64,000 bases of DNA, taken from Rhynchopus sp. YZ270_cl-10 (lineage: Eukaryota). The position numbers and the translations under genes are program-made. Below the pieces are notes generated by a model. It saw only the letters and a program-made list of their open reading frames with translations. It had not been told where the DNA came from and made no database searches. Within the stretch, counting starts at the first letter, position 1; each line of letters begins with the position of its first letter. The stretch lies in NCBI GenBank assembly GCA_964035575.1, contig OZ037838.1, positions 1,178,001-1,242,000 of the forward strand. The letters are read 5' to 3'. Positions 45,070 through 58,157 of this stretch are shown piece by piece.

Positions 45070-48000
45070 ATGAGCAGTGTGTTTGTCAGCCGTGGAAGAG
45101 AGGTGCACGAAGCAGCCCGCATCATCCAAGCACGCTACCGCTTGGACGACCGCTTCATCGAGGGCCACGCCTGCAGATGTCAGATCGACCGCGCTCGTCC
45201 ACTGGAAGGTCACATCTATCTCTTTGAGGGCCATTTCGTGTTCAGCAGCGAGGACTACCAATCCCTGCCTCTCATCCGCGAATACGAGGATGTAACACTA
45301 GGCACCGTAACTCCGCTCTCTTTCGAATGCTTTGTCGTGGATCCGGACATTATTGGAACCAAAAAAATTCATTTGAAATTTTCTGATATGGATCGACCTG
45401 ATGAAGCTGGCCGTGTACTTCACTTTTTAAAACACAAAAAGGCAGGAAAAATCGACGAACGCATCGCCACCGCCTTAGAAGGCATTCCCATGAACGGACT
45501 CTACGCCCGCGCCCTCGCACGCTACCCTCAACACCACCACGACATTTTCAATTTGTTTGAGCTCTACTCCGTTCTTCATCTCCCCGAAGGCCGTCCTCCT
45601 CCGGTCCCTGACATGCCAGGAGACAATGCTCTTGAAGTCGGCGATATCGAAGCAGTTATCGGACATCACATCTTTTGGGGCTGCGAGGTGCACTCATTAT
45701 CTGCGGAAGGCGTTCAAACCGGAAAGTTCGAGCACGGCATCATCGCTGACATGGTTGACGAATTAACCTGCTACGTCTGTCTCTCATGCATCTGCATCAT
45801 GGGATCTTCCGACCCAAATTTTCCGGTAAAATTGGATTTCCAAGGAATCCTCTCGATTGTCGAAGTGGTTGTCGACACCGAGCAGCAACCCCTCCTCCCT
45901 GCTGTCCGAATTTCCTATATTTCTGATGAGCACATCTTCAACAGCTTTGTACTTTACCATTTCACCAATGAGTTGGCCTTTGAGACTTGCCTTCATGATT
46001 TAACTATGGCGTGGGCGTTTCATCACAACCGTTTGTACAACGTTGGCGAAGTGTTTCCATTATTGGATGTCCAGGATTTGTCGACAATTGTGTTTCATTT
46101 TCGGCAGCTCGATAGAGAAGGCTACGGTATCATCCCGAAGGACATCTTTCTGCAGTCCTTCGCCCCGCTGAACATCCACCTCGACGTTGCAGACTTGCTC
46201 TATGGAATGTTCGACCACATCGTGTCCCCAGAAGAAAGCCCCGAGGTCGTTCAGTTCTCTCGCTACCTCCTCGCAATGCGTACCCTCCTCAGCGGTCCGC
46301 TTGAAGATAAAAGCGATCTTCTTTTCCGCGCATTTGATTATCAAAGGCAAGGTTGGGTTGTGAAGAAAGAACAGCTCTACGCTTTAGCCGTTATGACCCA
46401 CGGAATGAGCCCAGAAATTCGCGAGACCTATACATTTCCAGATTTTAACCGCTGGCTTTTCGAGCAGTTTGACAAAAATCGGGATGGGTTTTTGACGCAT
46501 CAGGACTTTGTGGATGGGATTTGCGAGGATCCAAAAATTCGCCGCGCATGGTCGTCAATGCAGCTCTCCCCTTCTCCACAAATCGAGACAAAACACCCGC
46601 GGAGGATTGGGCAGCGTTTTATTCATGCAGGACACCCAAGGTTTCCTTTGATCTGCGCAATACAGCATGGCATTGAGACTTCTATCGTACGGTACCCTAC
46701 ACGCAACCCCGATCCAAACCAAGGACCCTTCGAGGAAATGCAGTCCTACTCCATGCTAAGAGACCAGCCTATGTCTGAAGGAGACATCGATTACACCTCG
46801 TCTCTGCCGACCCCGGATTGGGCGCTTCCGCTTGAATCTCGCGTTATCATCAAAAACATGGAAAGGGAAACTCTTTTCAATGGAAAAAGCGGGTCCGTAA
46901 TAGGATACAACCCAGAATCCTACTCCGTTGTCGTAAACGTTCACGAAACCGGACAACCGGTGTCCGTATCGCCAGAGAATTTGACGATCATTCGGACCTC
47001 CCTCTCGAAGGATATTGGATTCCGTCTGCACCCTGGTCAAGACCCCGGAATCTGTTTCCAAACGAAGCCTAATGGTCTGCCCTTTGTCGCAGGTTTGACC
47101 GTAGGGGGTCCGTCGGAGAGAGCGGGGATGTATCCAGGGTTTGTGATTGATCGGATTGATGGGTATAGGATGCCGTCCAAGCGAGCAATAGAGTCGTATA
47201 TGGAAGCATGGTCGCAAAGCGGGGCTGATCAATTGGTTTACTCCGTGATTCTGCCGTTGGATGATGAGCATGGTTTGGAGGTGGGGTCCAGAGTAGAAAT
47301 TTCGGGTCTACACAACGCACCACAATACAACAAACGGCGTGGGGTGATTCAGCTGAAAGATGACCTCGAGGCGATTGAAGTTCTACTAGACGGAGACGAC
47401 GAGCCGGTGGTCCTCCAGGCACGCAACATCCTCCCAATCGGAAACAGTATTCACAAAAAATTTCGGTTTGACATTCCCCCTGGGGGCGAGCTAGGGATGG
47501 ATCTCGATGTTACACGCGATGAAGGTCCGATCTTTGTGAAAAGCGTTGTGCCACATGGTCCTGCAGACCGTTGTGGCCTTCCGGTTAAATCGATTATTGA
47601 GTCGGTGAACGGAATAAAAACACATTCTCCAGCAGACCTCGTTGCGGCTATCCAAGAGTTTGTACGATCAAGCTCTCCATCCGCAATCATTGGAGCAATC
47701 ATTCCCGTTGGAGGCCGCACCTTACCCGGAGAGGATACAGACCAGGAGTTGCACATCACAGACTATGCCCCGGAGGTCTTCGCCGATTTGCGGTCAATGC
47801 TGAACATCACCGACGAGGATTATTTACATTCCATTTCGCTTTCCTCCGCGCGAGCTGGGCTCATGACATGCCACCTTCGTACGCTCCTAGAACTACGTCC
47901 CGGGGCCTTCTTCTATGGTACACATGATGAGCGTTTTGTCATTTCAGGTCTCAGCAAAGAGCGGGCGGACGCTCTGTTCAAAATGCTCTATGATTATCGT

Positions 48001-50289
48001 GAGCACCTCAAAAAGCATAAAGACAGTTTGCTTCCACGGTATGTAGGGCTCTATTGCCTGGAGTGGCATGGTGCTGATATGTACTTTGCGGTGACGCTCA
48101 ATGCCTTCTCGATACCCCACAAAGACATTCCGTTGGTGATAAACATTACCCCAGATGAACCCATCGAAAAGCACATCCAGCTTGCCCCAAAGGCGTTGAA
48201 ATGCCTTTTGATTCAGCTTGAAAACGATACCAGGCTGCTCAGAGGGAAACGTTCTATAGGCTACTCTCTCGTAGTGGGGGTGCATTCCGTTCGCAATGAG
48301 GTGGACGGAAGACCTATCTGGGGTGCAGATAAAAGAGTCCAAGCGGCTTCGACGATGCTGTTGGGGAATCCTTGCTTTTCTTTGCATGAGGTGCTGCACT
48401 CATATAACATTAGCAGACATATGGAGCCGGTGTTTTCGAGGAAGCATCACACCCCATTACCAATGATCGGAGATCGGCATGAATCGGCGAAAAGAAAGAT
48501 TTCTGCAAGACGGCGGTTCTTCCCTCCGGAGGAAGGGGAGAAGAAGAAGAAGGGGATGAAATACATCAAGAAGGTGATGGATGCGGAGGAGCGGTGGTTG
48601 CAGTACACCTACCATCAAAAGAAGAAACAAAGGTCACCCCCGATTGACCCTTCAGCAGCACCGAAGGATGGCGAAGAGAAGGAAAAGGAGAAGGATTGGG
48701 AGGAGCAAGAGGCCAAAGAAGAGAAGGAGAAAGGGGAGAAGGAGGAGGACAACAAAGACGACGCAGCGGCCCCGCTCATCCCTGGAGGCAAGAAGGATAC
48801 GGAAAAGGAAAAGGACGAGGTAAATGAGTTCCCCGGGCGTGTCAACCTCCCTACCGTAGCGCAGGAAGAGCCGCACCTCGACAGCGAGTGGAAGTGCAAA
48901 GGGTGCGGGGCAGTGAACGCCTGGAGGTATGTTTTATTGTGAGGAGAAATTGCCAAATGCCTAGTCGCATACTGCGAGTTTTCCTGGATGCGCAGGAAAA
49001 ATGACTGGGGAGTGTTGGTGACGCCACAGAGCCGGAACACTCGTTGAGTGCCTCACAAAACCTAAAATTACTTCTTCTTTTGCTTTTATTTATTGTCTTC
49101 ACGCTTTATCGTTGTTGGGTTGGGAAATAAAAGTATCACTTCTGATACAGTTTCCATGGATAGACATGAAAAGGGGCACACAGGTGGTTCAATAACAAAA
49201 CAAGGGATTGTGTCCAATGAAAATTACGGCAGAAAAGTTCGAGAATGTAGGTTTTATTATTTCCCTTTTAACCCCCCAAAACTCCCAAAAAAAAAAAACA
49301 TTTCAATACCCCTCCTCCATTTCCACGTCTCTATCTCAGATGCACACCGAAGACCTGGCGAGCCCCTGCCTGCAGAACATGCTTCAGGGAGTATGAACAG
49401 GCAACTGGCGATTCTACATATGGACCTGAGACGGAAGTAACGTCACACATCTCCAGGCGTAGACGTATTGCTGGGGCTCGTGAGCGCCGCGCCGCACCTG
49501 ATATGTTCCAGCTCTATAGAAAGACGGCGAAGCCTGTAGAAGTGGTCAATGAGGAGCTAGTTGCTGCAGCAGACCCAGACAAACAGTTTGAGGAGGTAGC
49601 CAGCGAAAGTAGTGATGAAGACGAGAAGGGCGATGTGCCTGGCGAGGCGGTCATCCCGGACGACTATCACCACAGTGTGGGGCGTGTGCGGCGCGGTGCG
49701 GGTAAAGGTGGTAAAGAACGTATGGGTCCGCCCAAGATGCACCGTAAGTACGACGCGGAGTCGCGTGACGACCCGTTCCACGACCCGCACAACCCAGGTC
49801 CACCCATAGCACAACACCTCTGCGAGTCAGAGAAGGGGGTCCCGTTTGAAACAGTATGGTTTTTTTTTTTGAAATACCTTGGGGATCAATCGCGTTGTTG
49901 TACTGTTTTTTGATGTCTTTCGGATGCTGAAGGTCTGAAAAATGCTTTCCCGAGACAGCATTTTTTTTTTAAGTTGTGTTTTGGTTTTTTTTGGTTTTTT
50001 GGTTTTCTAACACAGTGAATGATACACTCCACAACCCCAACCCACCGTACAGCAAGGCGGAGTACGCAGAACTGTGTTCCAAAAGTTCTTCGGGGGCACG
50101 CCAGGGAACCTGATCTACCCAGGCGATCCAGGCACGTCAAGCGGCACGCTGCAGACAGAGATCCTCTACTTTGGGATCGTCGACATGCTGAACCCAGCCC
50201 CTTTCGTGCAGACGGGGATAGAAAGCGAGTACCAAGCTGCTTTCATGGCGACAGCGAAGGCGTCCTGTGTTGGGGGCGGGCAAGGATGA
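45070..50289 (+). CDS. GRAM/PH-like + EF-hand + KOW/SH3-like + PDZ + PIP-kinase-like protein. Exons 45070-48926, 49340-49853, 50053-50289
   Basis: EF-hand loops (DREGYGII, DYQRQGWV, DKNRDGFLTHQDF) and two PDZ-like segments (GGPSERAGM, HGPADRCGL). PIPK motifs DYAPEVFADLR, SLLPRYVGLY, YSLVVGVH and YFGIVDML. GT-AG introns with consistent phases. A zinc ribbon WKCKGC..CRTC spans intron 1. Confidence 0.85.
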
Positions 50290-51324
50290 AAAGGGGGAGG
50301 GGAGGTTTTGTTTTTCAATTTAGAAAGAGTGTGTGTGTGGTTTTTTAACAAAGCAGTGAAATGAATAATTCGAAGAATATTGGAATTATTACTCTCTTTG
50401 CTGTGATTTTCATGGGCTGGTGCATTTCAAAGTCTTTTTTATTTGTGTTTTTGCGACCATATTTTAGATATCCAAAATAAAATAAAATAGTGGAGCTCAT
50501 CTTTGGGTGACACTAATACAACCAAGTTTATGTTTATATAGAAAACCTTTTGCATTCCAAGTGGAGTTGGTCGAGTCGGCTTTGTGTGTCATAGACACTT
50601 GTATTCCACTATTTTCTTTTCTTCATGTGACAAATCACTTACTACTAGGAGACTTTAGTCACATGAACACAAGGTAATAGTCTCTTACCAACTCTCCTTT
50701 CGTATAGATTTATACTTCTAAATTGGTGCTAAATTGGTGTAGGACTGCATGTTTGGGGGTACACCCGGTGCACCGGTTATGTACCAAGTAACACTGTCAC
50801 GAGAGGGCTTTGTATGGCAGTCTTTGTTTTGTCTGGGGGCGCGACTCTGGCTAACGAAGGGCTATCTACGTTGTTCCAAGCCCCCTTCCGTTGTTCCTAT
50901 CCCCCCAAAAGAGTCCCCATTTTAGCATAGAACTCTCACATATTCCCGTGGTGGTTCAAACCCCCCCCCACCACCAAACCTCCACCACATTTCTGCCGCG
51001 ATCGCCGTGGCCAGAAATATAGTAATAATAACTGATGTTTTGTTTGTTTCTCCCTTTTGTTCGAACACTGTATTTCATCTGCATTCCGTAACCACACACC
51101 ACTTCGAGTCAGAGACGCCTGCAAGGTGCTTGCCTGGTCTGTTGGTCGGGAGGGTCAGGGAACAGAGGTGTGTCTGGGTTGCTTTGTTGGCGTCTATCAA
51201 GGCTTCCATATCAATGTGAGCACAGTGTTGCCTTCCCATTCTTTTGCATGTCGTTGACCTGAACACTCGAGTTGCGAAGTCATACAATACATCACATCAA
51301 ACACAACAGACCCCGAAGAAAACA

Positions 51325-52473
51325 ATGGATGTGACCTTTGTGCTGGAAGAGTCAGGCGTGACTGCGACAGTGGAGGTGCCGTGCGAGGCGGACGTTGCAG
51401 CGGCAAAGGAGGTTGCGTGCACGGCGCTTGCTGTCTCGCCTGCGTCTGTCGAGATGCGCATCGGCACGCAGGTGCTGGAGGGGACGTGCCGTCTGCAGGA
51501 CACTGCGTTTGATGCAGGGGTGCAGGTTGTGCTTGCCCGCCCTCGCATTGCCGACATCAAGTGTCCTGCTGAGTACAGTGTAAAGCGAACAGGAAAGCAG
51601 GATATGAAAATAAATAGTATATCGCTGTTATCGCTGTCTCCTTGTGGAGCACTCTGCCTCTTTACACAGGATTACTATGTGACCGGACTCGATACAGAAA
51701 CCTTCAGCCCTGCCTTCAAGTTCAAAGTAGACATTAAGGTGTGCGGTGCGCCTGCCATCTCACGGTGCAAGACACGCTGCTACCTGGCCTGTTCGAGGGA
51801 AGGACTTCGCGAGGTTTCGCTTCCGGGTGGGGAGGTGCTCCGCAAAGTTGACGGCTCCTCGTTTGAAGTGTTTGCGTGTGGCAGTGTTGTTGTCTCCCGT
51901 GGCCGAGGTCGCATCTCTGTGTATGACGAAGACCTGACGTTGCTCCGCACTCTCTCGCACGAAGGGTGCGACCAGTGGGGCGGGAACATGGAAGTGTCGC
52001 CCTGTGGTGGGTGGGTGATCACCGCCTCCTTCAGGGAGAAAAACGCACGTCTGTGGGATGTGAACACAGGTGAAGCTGTGGCATGTATGCCTATGTCAAG
52101 GTGCGCTGTAGCGCTGTCAAGGTATACCTCTGTCTTTGCTGTGGGGGTAGATGAGAATGGGGCACGGAGTGTGCAGCTCTACGACTGGAGTGGTGCGGCT
52201 CTTCAGAACGCCACTATGTCTCGAAGTGCCGGTGAACTGCAATTCACCCCGTGTGGGAAGTACCTTGTGGCCTGTGTCCAAATGCGCACTGACAATGGAG
52301 CATTAGACGCAGAGCTGCACCAGTATGATGTGGCGACCATGTCCTGTGTGCTTGTGATCCCAAAAGTCAAACGTACGTCATTTGCGATATCACCGTGTTC
52401 GCGTGTGGTTGTGTTTGTATCATCCGACAGCACTAACGTTGTAACAAAACATCTGCACCCCCACAACGAGTGA
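51325..52473 (+). CDS. Ubl-WD40 propeller family, copy 9
   Basis: Intact ORF with the conserved Ubl start. Confidence 0.85.
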   Translation: MDVTFVLEESGVTATVEVPCEADVAAAKEVACTALAVSPASVEMRIGTQVLEGTCRLQDTAFDAGVQVVLARPRIADIKCPAEYSVKRTGKQDMKINSISLLSLSPCGALCLFTQDYYVTGLDTETFSPAFKFKVDIKVCGAPAISRCKTRCYLACSREGLREVSLPGGEVLRKVDGSSFEVFACGSVVVSRGRGRISVYDEDLTLLRTLSHEGCDQWGGNMEVSPCGGWVITASFREKNARLWDVNTGEAVACMPMSRCAVALSRYTSVFAVGVDENGARSVQLYDWSGAALQNATMSRSAGELQFTPCGKYLVACVQMRTDNGALDAELHQYDVATMSCVLVIPKVKRTSFAISPCSRVVVFVSSDSTNVVTKHLHPHNE

Positions 52474-52886
52474 TGTTTATGCTTTGGCACCATGTGAAAT
52501 GGGTGTGGTGACTTGCCCCCTTGTATTCCGTGAAGGCGGAAGAACTGGTGTCGTCAACAGAAGCCTGCGTCTTGCCACCACACACCTATCCAGTGATGGC
52601 ATCCACGAGCAAGACACCGCAGACCACCTTGTCGCAGCCGAACACCACATCGCCTCCCGCCAGGCCGCCCTCGTCGCCCTCCACACAGAGATGTGCGCCA
52701 TGGTGAGACCTATTCATGTGCTCACTGCCGTTCATTTTTGTCCTGTACCCCAGAACTTCTACCCCAACCCAAAACAACGACCCCCATCCCTCGTCCCCTC
52801 TTTCCACGTGTGCACCCTCTCAGCTCCTTCAACTGTCCACCCAACACAACAGAAAATTGCATTCCACCAACACAGCTCTTGAAACA

Positions 52887-54073
52887 ATGATGGATGTGAC
52901 CTTTGTGCTGGAAGAGTCAGGCGTGACTGCGACAGTGGAGGTGCCGTGCGAGGCGGACGTTGCAGCGGCAAAGGAGGTTGCGTGCACGGCGCTTGCTGTC
53001 TCGCCTGCGTCTGTCGAGATGCGCATCGGCATGCAGGTGCTGGAGGGGACGTGCCGTCTGCAGGACACTGCGTTTGGTGCAGGGGTGCAGATTGTGCTTG
53101 CCTGCCCTCGCTTTGCCGATATCAAGTGTCCTGCTGAGTGCAGTGTAGAGGTGCTAACTGATGGGCAGCGGCCAAATATAGTTCACGTATCGTTGTCTCC
53201 TTGTGGAGCACTCTGCCTCTTTACACAGAATGAAGGTTATGTGAACGGCCTCGATACAGAAACCTTCAGCCCTGCCTTCAAGTTCAAAGTAGACATTAAG
53301 GTGTGCGGTGCGCCTGCCATCTCACGGTGCAAGACACGCTGCTACCTGGCCTGTTCGAGGGAAGGACTTCTCGAGGTTATACTTCCGGGTGGGGAGATGC
53401 TCCGCAAAGTTGACGGACCCTCGTTCGAAGTGTTCGCGTGTGGCGGCGTTGTTGTCTCCCGTGGCCAAGGTAGCGTCTCTGTGTATGACGAAGACCTGAC
53501 GTTGCTCCGCACTATGTCGCACAAAGGGTGCAACCAGTGGGGCGGGAACATCGAAGTGTCGCGCTGTGGTGGGTGGGTGATCACCTCCTCCCTGTGGGAG
53601 AAAAACGCACTTCTGTGGGATGTAAACACAGGTGAAGCTGTGTTCACATGTGTGTCACAGCTTTATATGCCTATGTCAAGGTGCGTTGTAGCCCTGTCAA
53701 GGTATACCTCTGTCTTTGCTGTGGGGGTAGATGAGAATGGGGCACGGAGTGTGCAGCTCTACGACTGGAGTGGTGCGGCTCTTCAGAACGCCACTATCTC
53801 TGGAAGTGGCCTTGGCCTGCAATTCACCCCGTGTGGGAAGTACCTTGTGGTCCAGGTACAAAGCGCACTGACGATGGAGCAGATTATGCAGAGCTGCACC
53901 AGTATGATGTGGCGACCATGTCCTGTGTACTTGTGATTCCAGACGTTGCTGCCTCCTTTGATGAATCATTTGCGATATCACCGTGTTCGCGTGTGGTTGT
54001 GTTTGTATCATCCGACAGCACCACAGTAGTGACTACCATTGCGACAAGACATCTGTACCCCCACAACGAGTGA
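52887..54073 (+). pseudogene. Ubl-WD40 propeller family, copy 10 (one frameshift)
   Basis: 1-nt deletion near 53862 (CAAAGCGCACTGAC versus CAAATGCGCACTGAC in copy 9). The C-terminus continues in ORF 53831-54073. Could be a sequencing error. Confidence 0.75.
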
Positions 54074-54494
54074 TGTTTATGCTTTGCCACCATGTGAAAT
54101 GGGTGTGGTGACTTGCCCCCCTGTATTCCGTGGAGGCGGAAGAACTGGTGTCGTCAACAGAAGCCTGCGTCTTGCCACCACACACCTATCCAGTGATGGC
54201 AGATCTGCATCCACGAGCAAGACACCGCAGACCACCTTGTCGCAGCCGAACACCACATCGCCTCCCGCCAGGCCGCCCTCGTCGCCCTCCACACAGAGAT
54301 GTGCGCCATGGTGAGACCTATTCATGTGCTCACTGCCGTTCATTTTTGTCCTGTACCCCAGAACTTCTACCCCAACCCAAAACAACGACCCCCATCCCTC
54401 GTCCCCTCTTTCCACGGGTGCACCCTCTCAGCTCCTTCAACTGTCCACCCAACACAACAGATAATTGCATCACATCAACACAGCTCTTGAAACA

Positions 54495-55607
54495 ATGATG
54501 GATGTGACCTTTGTGCTGGAAGAGTCAGGCGTGACTGCGACAGTGGAGGTGCCGTGCGAGGCGGACGTTGCAGCGGCAAAGGAGGTTGCGTGCACGGCGC
54601 TTGCTGTCTCGCCTGCGTCTGTCGAGATGCGCATCGGCACGCAGGTGCTGGAGGGGACGTGCCGTCTGCAGGATACTGCGTTTGATGCAGGGGTGCAGAT
54701 CGTGCTTGCCTGTCCTCGCTTTGCCGACATCAAGTGTCCTGCTGAGTACAGTGTAAAGGTTCCAACAGGAACGCAGGATATGAAAATAAATAGTATATCA
54801 CTGTCTCCTTGTGGAGCACTCTGCCTCTTTACACATAAGGCAGGCTATGTCACCGGCCTCGAGACAGAAACCTTCAGCCCTGCCTTCAAGTTCAAAGTAG
54901 ACATTGTGGTGTGCGGTGTGCCTGCCATCTCACGGTGCAAGACACGCTGCTACCTAGCCTGGAGCGAACGTATACACGAGGTTGCGCTTCCGGGTGGGGA
55001 GGTGCTCCGCAAAGTCGACGACCCCTCGTACGCAGTATACGCGCGTGGCGGTGTTGTTGTCTCCCGTAGCCCAGGAGGTGTCTCTGTGTATGACGAAGAC
55101 CTGACGTTGCTCCGCTCTATTTCACACGAAAGGTGCAGTGAGGCAGTGGTGTCGAACTGTGGTGAGTGGGTGATCACCTCCTCACTCAGTGAGAGCAACG
55201 CACGTCTGTGGGATGTGAACACAGGTGAAGCTGTGGCATGCGTGCCTACGGATGGGAGGTACGTCGCGCTTTCGCGGTCTGCCTCTGTCTTTGCTGCGGT
55301 GCACTCTCACGAAGTGCAGCTCTATGACTGGAGTGGTGCGGCTCTTGACAGCTTTGATAAACCGGGGTATCTCTTTGTCTGTTCCATGCAGTTCACTCAG
55401 TGTGGGAAGTACCTTTTACTTGAGTTGGTCGCTGATTATGCCGAAAAATATTGGCTACAACAGTATGATGTTTCGACTATGTCCTGTGTGCGTGAATTCT
55501 CAGACTTCGCTGTGTTTTCATTCACGATATCGCCGTGTTCACGCGTGGTACTTTTTGCGAAGCCGGGACGAGACACCATTGTGACGAGACATCTGTACCC
55601 CTACTGA
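54495..55607 (+). CDS. Ubl-WD40 propeller family, copy 11
   Basis: Intact ORF with the same protein sequence as copy 13. Confidence 0.85.
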   Translation: MMDVTFVLEESGVTATVEVPCEADVAAAKEVACTALAVSPASVEMRIGTQVLEGTCRLQDTAFDAGVQIVLACPRFADIKCPAEYSVKVPTGTQDMKINSISLSPCGALCLFTHKAGYVTGLETETFSPAFKFKVDIVVCGVPAISRCKTRCYLAWSERIHEVALPGGEVLRKVDDPSYAVYARGGVVVSRSPGGVSVYDEDLTLLRSISHERCSEAVVSNCGEWVITSSLSESNARLWDVNTGEAVACVPTDGRYVALSRSASVFAAVHSHEVQLYDWSGAALDSFDKPGYLFVCSMQFTQCGKYLLLELVADYAEKYWLQQYDVSTMSCVREFSDFAVFSFTISPCSRVVLFAKPGRDTIVTRHLYPY

Positions 55608-56629
55608 GTTGTGCAGCTTTCTCGCAGGCAGTCCACCCCCAGAACGCACCTCCTCGCTGTCGCCGTATCAGTGTTCGTTTTCGCTGTCCCCCTGAATGCG
55701 TATCCTTCTTCAGCGTGAAGACATCTGCCCCTCCGCATTACCGCACACCACTCCGCTACTCCGAGCCAACGACTGCAAGGTGATGGTTCCTGCGGGCATT
55801 ATAAAAAGAAGTATAAACATGCCAACCTAACTTTGGTGTTACACTCCACCCCCTTCCCAACACAGCTAACTGATTATTTTTAATCCCACCACCGACCCCC
55901 ATTTTACCCAAAACACATCCCTCCACAGGGAAACCCGAGCAAAAATAAATCAGAACAAAACCCCCCGCACACATCGGGAGGGGCGGAGGATCCAGGGTGA
56001 TTTCAGTGAGGGGGGGATTCCCCCTCTTGCCTTTCACCCCCATCCTCCACTGTTTTTTTCCCTCACCCCTTTATTTCTTCTTCTCCCACACAATGCGGAC
56101 TGCGAGGCTCCCTGCAGAGAAATCCCGGAGTGCTATAGAGAGTTCGGAGGTGCCGCTGTTTAGCTCTTTTAATACGAGTTTTCAGTTTTTGGGTGCGGAT
56201 CCTGTATTATATAGAAGGCAAAGCTTCGTACAGGGACCCTACACCACAGGATTCGTGTCCCTGTGTTTGCAATGATCCCCGTTCATCTGGCTGATGAGTG
56301 GAAGCGGGAGCAGCACATATCAGATGTAAACCACGAAATGGATGTAGCACTGCATGGTTGGGTGTCCACCCCCGGTACATCGGTCATTATGTACAGCCGG
56401 TCATGTACAAGGTACACTGTCACGAGAGTGCTTTTGTATTTCAGCCCTATTTTGATTTGGGGCCACATACGAGGTGCTTCCGTCTGTTCACGCTGTTCTC
56501 CTTCATGGTTACCGTCCTCTGCAGTCTTTTGTGTCTATGATTAGAGCCAGCCAGACTTTCACAGAGTGTACATGCAATACAAACAACCCACACCTCCCAA
56601 CAGAGGTGGAACAAGAAAAAGACAAAACA

Positions 56630-57739
56630 ATGGATGTGACCTTTGTGCTGGAAGAGTCAGGCGTGACTGCGACAGTGGAGGTGCCGTGCGAGGCGGACGT
56701 TGCAGCGGCAAAGGAGGTTGCGTGCACGGCGCTTGCTGTCTCGCCTGCGTCTGTCGAGATGCGCATCGGCACACAGGTGCTGGAGGGGACGTGCCGTCTG
56801 CAGGACACTGCGTTTGATGCAGGGGTGCAGGTTGTGCTTGCCCGCCGCTTTGCCGACATCAAGTGTCCTGCTGAGTACAATGCGCAAGAGGGGGCAGGAT
56901 TGTTGCTGTCGCGTTGTGGAACGCTCTGTGTTTTTTCACAGCCCACTGGAGAGTACGTAGGCTTTGACACAGAAACCTTCGACACAGTCTTCTCGTTCAA
57001 AGTAGACGATGCTACGAAAGGCATCCTCCCTACCATCTCGCAGTGCAAGACACGCTGCTACCTGGTTTGTGGGGGTCACTTAACAGATTGCCTTCTCGAG
57101 GTTGCGCTTCCGGGTGGGGAGGTGCTCCGCAAAGTCGACGGCTCCTCGCACTCAGTGTTCGCGTGTGGCAGTGTGGTTGTCTCAAAGGGAAAATACGGCG
57201 TCTCTGTGTATGACGAAGACCTGACGTTGCTCCGCTCTCTCTCGCATGAAGGGTGCAGGAACATGGCAGCGTCGGACTGTGGTGGGTGGGTGATCACCTC
57301 CTCCCACAAGGAGAAGAACGCACGTCTGTGGGATGTGAACACAGGTGAAGCTGTTACATGTGTGCCTATGGATGGATGGTGTGTGGGTCTTTCCCGGTCT
57401 GCCTCTGTCTTTGCCGTCGTGGACAATGTGGACGAAGTACAGAGAGTGCAGCTCTACGACTGGAGTGGTGCGGCTCTTCAGAACGCCACTATCTCTGGAC
57501 GTGTCTTTGGCGTGCAATTCACCCAGTGTGGGAAGTACCTTGTAGTTCATGCACACAAACCTCACCTACGTCACTCAGAGCTGCAACAGTATGACGTGGC
57601 GACTATGTCCTGTGTGCGTGTGATTCCAGGCGTCACAGGTCCGTCATTTGCGATATCACCGTGTTCGCGTGTGGTTGTGTTTCTATTATCCATAAATGTC
57701 AGCGTTGTGACACGGCATCTGTACCCCCACAACGAGTGA
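56630..57739 (+). CDS. Ubl-WD40 propeller family, copy 12
   Basis: Intact ORF with the same protein sequence as copy 14. Confidence 0.85.
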   Translation: MDVTFVLEESGVTATVEVPCEADVAAAKEVACTALAVSPASVEMRIGTQVLEGTCRLQDTAFDAGVQVVLARRFADIKCPAEYNAQEGAGLLLSRCGTLCVFSQPTGEYVGFDTETFDTVFSFKVDDATKGILPTISQCKTRCYLVCGGHLTDCLLEVALPGGEVLRKVDGSSHSVFACGSVVVSKGKYGVSVYDEDLTLLRSLSHEGCRNMAASDCGGWVITSSHKEKNARLWDVNTGEAVTCVPMDGWCVGLSRSASVFAVVDNVDEVQRVQLYDWSGAALQNATISGRVFGVQFTQCGKYLVVHAHKPHLRHSELQQYDVATMSCVRVIPGVTGPSFAISPCSRVVVFLLSINVSVVTRHLYPHNE

Positions 57740-58157
57740 TGTTCATGCTTTGGCACCATGTGAAATGGGTGTGGTGACTTGCCCCCTTGTATTCCGTGGA
57801 GGCGGAAGAACTGGTGTCGTCAACAGAAGCCTGCGTCTTGCCACCACACACCTATCCAGTGATGGCAGATCTGCATCCACGAGCAAGACACCGCAGACCA
57901 CCTTGTCGCAGCCGAACACCACATCGCCTCCCGCCAGGCCGCCCTCGTCGCCCTCCACACAGAGATGTGCGCCATGGTGTGACCTTCATGTGCTCACTGC
58001 GGCTCATTTTTGTCCTGTACCCCAGAACTTCTACCCCAACCCAAAACAACGACCCCCATCCCTCGTCCCCTCTTTCCACGTGTCCACCCTCTCAGCTCCT
58101 TCAACTGTCCACAAACAGAACATTACATTGTATCACACCAACACAGCTCTTGAAACA

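Noticed and set aside
57750..58157. N-terminal extensions of family ORFs (also 424-642, 10767-11129, 61413-61820)
   Set aside because: They are chance read-through of spacer sequence, and the frames differ between copies. The conserved start is M(M)DVTF.
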